Below, piece by piece: positions 8,037 to 14,917 of a stretch of 52,279 nucleotides of DNA. The DNA comes from Nitrospinota bacterium (GTDB lineage Bacteria > UBA8248). The stretch is taken from NCBI GenBank assembly GCA_009839615.1, contig VXPH01000012.1, positions 1 through 52,279 of the forward strand, written 5' to 3'. Numbering within the stretch: position 1 is the stretch's first letter; the number at the start of each line of letters is the position of its first letter. The notes below the pieces were generated by a model that did no database searches, was not told where the DNA came from, and worked only from the letters and a program-made list of their open reading frames with translations. The translations under genes and the position numbers were made by a program.

Positions 8037-8072
8037 TATTTGACACACTATTTGACACGCTATTTGGCAGGA
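8037..8072. repeat. Three tandem 12-bp repeats (TATTTGACACAC TATTTGACACGC TATTTGGCAGGA)
   Basis: Same unit and orientation as 7926-7961, with start-to-start spacing of 111 bp. Upstream of the putative Fic promoter. Confidence 0.8.
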
Positions 8073-8113
8073 AATTAAAGACTGCCAGAAGGCTTATCGA
8101 GAAGTCAGATATT

Positions 8114-8344
8114 TCACCCCTTCCTGATAACGACGCGCACGCGGCCTTGCGCATCCGGCGCCCGGCTCTCGACGGCGTGGCCATCGGCGGCGGCGCTTCT
8201 GGGGACGCTGGTGGCGGCCTCGCCCGCGTCGAGCCATACTTCGAGGGTATCGCCCGGCGCCATCGCCTCGAGCGCGAGCTTCGTCCGCACCCAGTTCATG
8301 GGGCAGAGTTCGCCCGTGAGGTCGATGGTTTTGGCGCGGCTCAT
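8114..8344 (-). CDS. TusA/SirA-family sulfur-carrier-like protein
   Basis: 76 aa. IDLTGELCPMNWVRTKLALEAMAPGDTLEV matches the TusA fold pattern, but the active-site motif is CPMN instead of CPxP. Confidence 0.7.
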   Translation of the reverse strand: MSRAKTIDLTGELCPMNWVRTKLALEAMAPGDTLEVWLDAGEAATSVPRSAAADGHAVESRAPDAQGRVRVVIRKG

Positions 8345-8370
8345 TTCCGGCTCCTCGTGAGGTTCGTCCG

Positions 8371-9105
8371 ATGTCCGATATTGCCATCTTTTTGACCGGA
8401 ACGGGAACCGGCGTGGGAAAGACGGTGGCGGGTTGCGTCATCGCGGCCCATTGGGCGGCTGAGGGCCTGGACCCAAGGGTGATGAAGCCCGCCGAATCGG
8501 ACTGCGCGCTTGTGGATGGCAGCCTCGTTCCCCGCGATGCCCTGGCGCTCAAGACGGCGACGGGCGATCCACGGCCGCTCGATGAAATCTGCCCCTACAG
8601 ATACGAAGTTCCCCTGACGCCCGCCCACGCGGCCGAACACGAAGGCGGGCCGCCGGATTTGGAGCGTATCGTCGCGCAGGTGAAAGCGCTCAAAAAAGAG
8701 CGAGGGCCACTGCTCGTGGAAGGCGCGGGCGGTCTTCTGGCCCCTTTGGCCGAAGGCGTCATGATGATCGATTTGGCCCTGGCCGCGAAACTGCCCCTCG
8801 TGCTCGTCGCTCCGCTGGGTCTCGGTACCATCAACCACACGCTCTTGAGCGTACGGGAGGCGAGAAGGCAGGGCCTTGCGATTCTGGGCGTCATCCTCTC
8901 CGACACGACGGGGGAGGCCACGCCGGCGGCGGAGCGCAACCCGGCGGCGGTCGCCGAGCTTTGCGGGGCGGACGCTCCTCTTCTGGGCGTGATTCCTTAC
9001 CTGGAGGGGGTGGATGGGATTATCGCGTGCGCAGCACCGGGCACCGGGGATGCGGGCAGGCTCCTTCACCTGGGGCAGGACTTAAACTTGGACGCCCTCG
9101 GATAG
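8371..9105 (+). CDS. bioD: ATP-dependent dethiobiotin synthetase
   Basis: P-loop TGTGTGVGKT at the N-terminus and EGAGGLLAP motif, with typical BioD length and layout. Confidence 0.9.
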   Translation: MSDIAIFLTGTGTGVGKTVAGCVIAAHWAAEGLDPRVMKPAESDCALVDGSLVPRDALALKTATGDPRPLDEICPYRYEVPLTPAHAAEHEGGPPDLERIVAQVKALKKERGPLLVEGAGGLLAPLAEGVMMIDLALAAKLPLVLVAPLGLGTINHTLLSVREARRQGLAILGVILSDTTGEATPAAERNPAAVAELCGADAPLLGVIPYLEGVDGIIACAAPGTGDAGRLLHLGQDLNLDALG

Positions 9106-9121
9106 CGGGGCGGGAGGCTCG

Positions 9122-10123
9122 CTACTTCGCGAGGACGCGCTTGCGCAGGGATTCTACTTGCGCGGGCGTGCCCAGGGCGTAGAGGTGGTCTCCCGCCTGG
9201 ATTTGGAAATCGGGCCCCGGGTTGAAGCGCATCTCCCCGCTGGCGTGACGGATGGAGAGCAGGTACACGCCGGTCTCCTGGCTGATCTTCGATTCCCGGA
9301 GCGCCATGCCGACCAGGTCCGAACCCTCGGGCACGGTCACCTCGTCGAAGTCCAGGTCCGTCGTCGCGTGGCCGGTGACCTCGTCGAGAAAGCCGGCGAG
9401 CTTGGGCCTCAGGACGGACTGCGCCATGCGCATGCCGCCCATGATGTAGGGCGAGACCACGCGGTCCGCGCCCGCCGCCTCCATCTTGCCGATGGAGCTG
9501 TCCAGGGCCGCGCGGCTCAGGATGAAGATATCCGGGTTGAGCGCCCGCGCCGTGAGGGTGACGAACACGTTTTCCGCGTCCGTCGCCAGGGCGCAGACGA
9601 GGCTCTTCGCCTTCTCCACGTGCGCTTCCATGAGGGTTTCGTCCAGCGTGGCGTCGCCGAGGATAACGAGTTTCCCCTCCTGATCGAGGTGCGCGGCGAT
9701 GGACTCGTCGCTCTCGATGATGACGTGGGGCAGCGACTCTCTGGCGTATTCCCCCGCGACGGTGGAGCCGATGCGCCCGTGACCGCAGATGATGTGATGG
9801 TTTTCGAGTCTGTCGAGTTCTTTCACCAGTTTTCGCCTCCCGAAAATCTGACGTATCCGCTCTTCGAACCTGATTTCGGCGATGATCGCGATTCCGTAGA
9901 AAAGGGTGCCCACGCCCAGGATCATGAGCGCCACGGTGAGCATGCGCCCTGTCGTGCTCAACTCACGCACCTCGTTGAAGCCTACTGTCGTGACGGTGAT
10001 CATCGTCATATAGAAGGCCTCGACGATCGACCATCCCTCCAGCAGGACATAGCCGGCCGTACCCAGGATGACGATGCCGACGAGAGATACGGCGATGTAG
10101 GATATACGCACGTAATATCGCAC
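9122..10123 (-). CDS. 2-TM pore ion channel with RCK (TrkA-N/TrkA-C) domains, atypical filter
   Basis: Two TM helices and a pore helix with TVTTVGFNE in place of TVGYGD, then a Rossmann motif IICGHGRIGS and a TrkA-C-like tail. GTG start. Confidence 0.85.
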   Translation of the reverse strand: MRYYVRISYIAVSLVGIVILGTAGYVLLEGWSIVEAFYMTMITVTTVGFNEVRELSTTGRMLTVALMILGVGTLFYGIAIIAEIRFEERIRQIFGRRKLVKELDRLENHHIICGHGRIGSTVAGEYARESLPHVIIESDESIAAHLDQEGKLVILGDATLDETLMEAHVEKAKSLVCALATDAENVFVTLTARALNPDIFILSRAALDSSIGKMEAAGADRVVSPYIMGGMRMAQSVLRPKLAGFLDEVTGHATTDLDFDEVTVPEGSDLVGMALRESKISQETGVYLLSIRHASGEMRFNPGPDFQIQAGDHLYALGTPAQVESLRKRVLAK

Positions 10124-10266
10124 CTTCTTAGAGCATCCGGTCCAAGACCCATGGATGCCTGGATTCTAACCGCAGCGGCGATGTAATTGCGAAGAGGTTT
10201 TGAGCGGTTGAACTCCTGTCTGCGCTGAACCGGCGGTGCATTTCTTCCGCTGTGGATGAAGCGGGT

Positions 10267-11193
10267 CTATTTTCTCATCGCCAAATCGAACAGCGCGCTC
10301 CCGAGCCTCTCCCTCGCCTCGGCGCGTATGGGTTCCGTGGCCTCCGCGAAGGCCGCGCGCTCCGCATCGCTCAGGTCCACGAAGGAGACGCCCTCCTCTT
10401 CGAGGCGCTTTCGAATCGCGACCTCCCCCGCCCGGGCGGCCTCCCTTTGGGAATCGATGGCTTCGCGGATGCACGCCCGTGCCGCTTCCTGGACTTCAGC
10501 GGGCCAGGCGTCGAAGCTCTCCCGGTGGGCGAGCAGGGCGCGCGCCCCGTAGAAGTGCCCGCTCATCGTGATGCGCCTTTGGTGGTTCGTGACGCCGTAG
10601 GTCACGGTGTTCGAGAGCGGGTTTTCCTGCGCGTTCACCTCGCCCGATTCGATCATGGCGATCCCCTCCTTGAGTTCCACCGGCACGGGCTCGGCGCCCA
10701 GGAGTTTGAAGGTCCTCACGTGCGTCTCGTTGGGCTGCAGGCGGACCCGAAGCCCCCGGCAGTCGTCCGGCGTTCTCACGTCGCGGACGCTGTTCGAGAG
10801 GTGGCGGAAGCCGTTGTCCCAGAAGCCCAGGCTCTTGTAGCCGGTCTGCGCCTCGATTCGCTCGCTCAAGTGCGCGCCGAGCGCGCCGTCGAGCGCGCCG
10901 TAGGCGTGGGCGGAATCCTCGAAGGTGAAAGGCAGGTCGACGATCTCGAGCTCCGGCACCCTGTCGGCGAGATAGCTCGTCGAGAAATAGCACAAGCCGA
11001 GCATCCCGCATTCCACCATGGCGAGCAGGTCGGGCGCGCCGTAGCCGAAATCCATCACGTTCCAGAAGATGTCTGTCCTGACGCCGTCGCCCAGCCGCTG
11101 GCCCATCTTCTCCTTGAAGAGAACCATCGCGCGGCTGTGGGAGGTATCGGGCGGGGAATAGCCCCCGATGCGGATGTGGACGGGCCCTGCCAT
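10267..11193 (-). CDS. TRAP-type (DctP family) solute-binding protein, no signal peptide
   Basis: DctP-like pattern (LEIVDLPFTF, WDNGFRHLSN with the conserved Arg). ATG 11193 is preceded by AAGGAG. The protein begins directly with the mature-domain strand VHIRIGGYSP. Confidence 0.8.
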   Translation of the reverse strand: MAGPVHIRIGGYSPPDTSHSRAMVLFKEKMGQRLGDGVRTDIFWNVMDFGYGAPDLLAMVECGMLGLCYFSTSYLADRVPELEIVDLPFTFEDSAHAYGALDGALGAHLSERIEAQTGYKSLGFWDNGFRHLSNSVRDVRTPDDCRGLRVRLQPNETHVRTFKLLGAEPVPVELKEGIAMIESGEVNAQENPLSNTVTYGVTNHQRRITMSGHFYGARALLAHRESFDAWPAEVQEAARACIREAIDSQREAARAGEVAIRKRLEEEGVSFVDLSDAERAAFAEATEPIRAEARERLGSALFDLAMRK

Positions 11194-11404
11194 CTGAAAT
11201 CGCTCCTTATCAAAGATCGAGGGATGAAGCGCGCTTGAAAAGCGCGACCATATCACATATATCCTCCTTCGCCGATGGGAATACGTATGCTTTTATTATT
11301 GTTATACAGGTCGCCAAAACACTTCCCGGGGTCTTGACGCATTCGCCGCGCTGGGGCATGTTCCATCTTCTGATTTGTTCTTCGAAGCCGAGGAGATCGA
11401 AAAA

Positions 11405-12013
11405 ATGTCTTCACTTCAATCGCAGCTTTTCGTGCAAACCGCTTCCGTCACGCTGAACCGCTTAACGAAGGATTTACAAAAAGAGTTCGAGCCCAAGAAG
11501 GGCGATCGGTTCAACGTCGAGGGTATTACCTACGAGATCGGCCCGCCGAAATTCGTGGATTCGGACAGGGCGATTCGCTTCGAGATCAGCTCGAAGATAC
11601 CCGGCGAGGAGTTGCCCGCGTCCTGCGATCACGCCAAGTATTTCCAGCAGATCGAGAAACGCAACGCCTCGGCGAAAAAACCCGTTTCCGCCGACATGGA
11701 GAACATCGTCCGCGAGACGCGCGACCAGGAGCGTAAAGAGAGAGACTACGTGAAACTCACCTATCAGTACGGGGAGAACGAGCTCTACGACGACAAGGAC
11801 ATCCTCAAGGACATCGAGGTGTTCTCGAAGGGCGCGAAGGATAAGGAGATGCCGCCCAAGGTTCCGGGCGTCACCACCCTGGCGGGCCGCCTGATACTCG
11901 AACGGGTGCAATCCTCCCTGTACGACGTGGCGAAAGAGAACGTCGAGTCGCTCATCGACGCGAACGCGAAGGTGCGCGCGGAACTGAAAAAAAGCGCCAA
12001 AAAGAAGAAGTAG
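11405..12013 (+). CDS. Hypothetical protein (charged, Lys-rich tail)
   Basis: 202 aa from ATG 11405 (GAGGAG 9 nt upstream). No motif I recognise. Ends KKSAKKKK. Lies 9 nt upstream of nagA on the same strand. Confidence 0.6.
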   Translation: MSSLQSQLFVQTASVTLNRLTKDLQKEFEPKKGDRFNVEGITYEIGPPKFVDSDRAIRFEISSKIPGEELPASCDHAKYFQQIEKRNASAKKPVSADMENIVRETRDQERKERDYVKLTYQYGENELYDDKDILKDIEVFSKGAKDKEMPPKVPGVTTLAGRLILERVQSSLYDVAKENVESLIDANAKVRAELKKSAKKKK

Positions 12014-12022
12014 GCCCGCGCC

Positions 12023-13240
12023 ATGGCCCTGTGCCTCGCGGGCGTGACGGCCTATACGCCGCTTGAGAGGATAACGGACGCCCTCCTCGTCATCGAGGAG
12101 GGCGTTTTTTCGTATGTGGGTCCGCGCGGCGCGCGTCCTTTGCCCCCCGGGGCGCGCGTCCTCGACCTGGGCGGCGCGCTGGCGTGCCCAGGCTACGTGG
12201 ATCTTCAGGTGAACGGCCTGGGCCCGGATGCGCTCTTGACGGCGGACGCCGCCGGCGTGCGGCGGATCGCCCGGGAACTGGCGAGGCGCGGAACGGCGGC
12301 TTTCCTGCCCACGCTCACCACGGCCTCCCGGGAGGAGTTGATTCGCGCGGCCCGCGCGGTGAGCGAAGCGTGGGCGCTGCAAAAAGAAAACGCCTCCGCC
12401 GAGGCGCGCATTCTGGGCGTTCACCTGGAGGGACCTTATCTGGAGCCGGAGATGAGGGGGGCGCATCCGCGGGAACAGGTTCGCGCTCCCTCGAAAGAAG
12501 AGGTCGAGGCGATCGCCCGGGCCGCCGGGGGCTTTGGCGTGGGCGGCGCGCCGGGCCTGGCGGTGGTCACGCTCTCCCCGGGCCTGGCGGGCGCTGCGGG
12601 CTTCGCCCGGTGGCTGACGGAAAAAGGCGTCGTCCCCGCGATGGGGCATACCCGGGCTTCGGCCGCTTGCGTGGAGGCGTTCCTGGAGGCGGGCGGCGCA
12701 TTCGCGGTTCATGCGTTCAATCGCTACGGGGGTCCGGAGACGCCCGCCCACAGGGGCGCCTCGCCCATGGATTTCGTGCAAAACGACGCGAGGCTCTCCG
12801 CCGGCCTGATAGCGGACGGCGCGCACGTGGCGCAGCGCCCGCTCGCGTCGTTCGTGAGCGCCAGAGGCTGGGAGCGCACGGTCCTCACCTCGGACCTGGT
12901 GGCCGACGGGGGTTTGAGGCCACGGCCCGGCGAGGATGAAACGGGGAACGATACGTCGGGCGACGCGGTGATGCGCGAGGGCGTATTGACCGGCAGCCGT
13001 CTCGCGCTCTCGGGGATGCTCCCCAGGCTTAAGGATTGGTGCGGGCTCGACGCCGCCTGTGCTCTGGCGACGGCCACGCGAAACCCCGCGCGCGTCCTGG
13101 GTCTGGAGTCCGCCCGGGGTTGTCTCGCGCAGGACCGGCCCGCGGATTTTTGCGTTCTCGATCCCGGTTCCCTGGAACTGATCGCCGCGATGATGAACGG
13201 CAAATGGGCGTCGGACGCGCCGCCGATTGCAGGCGGATGA
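12023..13240 (+). CDS. nagA: N-acetylglucosamine-6-phosphate deacetylase-like amidohydrolase
   Basis: PGYVDLQVNG and HLEGPYLEPEMRGAHP match the NagA signature regions. Confidence 0.8.
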   Translation: MALCLAGVTAYTPLERITDALLVIEEGVFSYVGPRGARPLPPGARVLDLGGALACPGYVDLQVNGLGPDALLTADAAGVRRIARELARRGTAAFLPTLTTASREELIRAARAVSEAWALQKENASAEARILGVHLEGPYLEPEMRGAHPREQVRAPSKEEVEAIARAAGGFGVGGAPGLAVVTLSPGLAGAAGFARWLTEKGVVPAMGHTRASAACVEAFLEAGGAFAVHAFNRYGGPETPAHRGASPMDFVQNDARLSAGLIADGAHVAQRPLASFVSARGWERTVLTSDLVADGGLRPRPGEDETGNDTSGDAVMREGVLTGSRLALSGMLPRLKDWCGLDAACALATATRNPARVLGLESARGCLAQDRPADFCVLDPGSLELIAAMMNGKWASDAPPIAGG

Positions 13241-13309
13241 AGAATCGCCCATAATTCGCTTTGCTGCTAAGCTCGACGGTCGAGCTGAATCCGCCCCGGG
13301 CAGTCCACG

Positions 13310-14917
13310 ATGCATGACATCATATTTCACCACGCCATGATATTCGACGGTTTGGGCGATCCTCCGTATGAAGGTGCGCTCGCCGTTCGCGGAGGCGCCA
13401 TCGCGGAGGTCGGTCCCGAAGTGAGCGGCTCCGCTCATCGCGAGGTCGACGCGCGAGGAATGGCCTTAAGCCCCGGGTTCGTCGACATTCACGGTCATTC
13501 GGATTATTACCTCCTCATCAATCCCGAGGCGCACGCGAAGGTCCGCCAGGGGGTGACGACCGACGTGGGGGGCAACTGCGGCTACGCTGCCTCCCCGATT
13601 CGCGGGGCCGAGGCCGAGGAGCGCAGGAAATGGTACCGGGAGCAATTCGACCTGGACCTCCCGTTTCAGAGCGTAGGCGAACACCTCGATCACGTGGACG
13701 ATGTGGGCGTATCGATCAACTACGCCCATCTGGTGGGGCACAACACGATTCGCGCGAGCGTGATGGGGGGCGAAGCGCGCCCGGCCCGCGCGGAGGAACT
13801 CGCCGCGATGGAGGAGATGCTCTCCGCGGGAATGGCGCAGGGGGCTTTCGGCCTGTCCACCGGATTGGTCTATGCGCCGGCCTGTTTCGCGGATAAAGAA
13901 GAACTCACGGCCCTGTGCCGGGTCTCGGCGCGCCAGGGGGGGCTTCTGGCCACCCACATGCGCAGCGAGGGAGACGCGCTTCTCGAGGCGATGGACGAGG
14001 TGATGGGCGCGGCCGCATCGGCGGGGCTACCGCTTCAGATCAGCCACTTGAAGACGGCGGGCGAGCGGAATTGGGACAAGATCGATCGGGTCTTCGAGCG
14101 CATCGAGCGCGCCCGGGAGAGGGGAGAGGACGTAACCTGCGATCGCTATCCCTATACGGCCTCGAACACCCACCTGAGCGCGCTGTTGCCCGACTGGGCG
14201 CATGAAGGCGGTCTCGATGAGAAGATGGCGCGTCTCGCGAACGCAGAGACCAGGGCGAGGATACGGGGCGAAATGATGCTGGCGCACCCCGAAGCCTCCT
14301 ATTGGGAGAACATCCTGATCAGCCGGGTGTTCACGGAGGGGAACCGGCCCTGTGAGGGCCTCACGCTCGCGAGTCTGGGCGAGACGCGGGGCAAAGCCCC
14401 CGCCGATGCGATGCTCGATTTGCTGATCGAGGAGCGGATGAACGTCGAGATTCTCATTTTCATGATGAGCGCTGAGAACATGCGCCGCATTCTGGGCAAG
14501 CCCTACGTCATGGTGGGTTCGGACGCGGGCGCGCTCACGCACGAGCCGCCCCTGGGCGGGGGCAGGCCGCATCCGAGGAATTTCGGCACTTTTCCCTTCG
14601 TCCTGGGCGCGCTGGCGCGCGACGAGGGGCTCTTCCCGATGGCCGAGGCGATCCGGAAGATGACCCACGCTCCCTGCGAGAGGCTGGGCATGGCGGATCG
14701 GGGGCGTCTCGCGGCCGGGATGAAGGCCGACCTCGTTTTGTTCGACCCCGACGAGATACGCGATGAGTGCACCTATGAGCGGCCCATTGCCTACCCCTCG
14801 GGCGTGGAGATGGTTCTCGTGAACGGAGAGGTCGTCGTGGAGGGTGGAAGCCATACCGGGGCGCGCCCCGGCCGCGCGTTGCGCAAACTTGTCCGTCGGG
14901 AGACGGCGAATGCTTGA
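13310..14917 (+). CDS. N-acyl-D-amino-acid deacylase (D-aminoacylase) family amidohydrolase
   Basis: 535 aa. PGFVDIHGHSD metal motif and the overall length and order are typical of the D-aminoacylase family. Confidence 0.8.
   Translation: MHDIIFHHAMIFDGLGDPPYEGALAVRGGAIAEVGPEVSGSAHREVDARGMALSPGFVDIHGHSDYYLLINPEAHAKVRQGVTTDVGGNCGYAASPIRGAEAEERRKWYREQFDLDLPFQSVGEHLDHVDDVGVSINYAHLVGHNTIRASVMGGEARPARAEELAAMEEMLSAGMAQGAFGLSTGLVYAPACFADKEELTALCRVSARQGGLLATHMRSEGDALLEAMDEVMGAAASAGLPLQISHLKTAGERNWDKIDRVFERIERARERGEDVTCDRYPYTASNTHLSALLPDWAHEGGLDEKMARLANAETRARIRGEMMLAHPEASYWENILISRVFTEGNRPCEGLTLASLGETRGKAPADAMLDLLIEERMNVEILIFMMSAENMRRILGKPYVMVGSDAGALTHEPPLGGGRPHPRNFGTFPFVLGALARDEGLFPMAEAIRKMTHAPCERLGMADRGRLAAGMKADLVLFDPDEIRDECTYERPIAYPSGVEMVLVNGEVVVEGGSHTGARPGRALRKLVRRETANA

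Noticed and set aside
7916-8113. Possible CRISPR-like or minisatellite array in the AT-rich region upstream of Fic.
   Set aside because: The units are only 12 bp, directly abutting with no spacers, and there are just three per array. This is more consistent with protein-binding iterons or operators than with CRISPR.
6698-8113. Flanking att-type direct repeats, an integrase, a tRNA target, or a separate small antitoxin ORF (class I Fic/FicA-type) around the Fic islet.
   Set aside because: I could not find a convincing direct repeat at the two GC-transition boundaries, any recombinase gene or any tRNA. The inhibitory [ST]xxxE[GN] motif is inside the Fic protein itself, so no separate antitoxin is needed.
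8012-8395. 127-aa plus-strand ORF beginning in the repeat arrays.
   Set aside because: Its N-terminus is a translation of the 12-mer repeats (LFDTLFDTLF), and the remainder is antisense to the TusA-like gene.
14910-14917. Identical ATGCTTGA overlap junctions at 14910 and 33271 as a possible shared regulatory signal.
   Set aside because: An 8-nt identity at two stop/start overlaps is readily explained by chance, given the constraint of ATG plus an in-frame TGA. The flanking sequences are unrelated.
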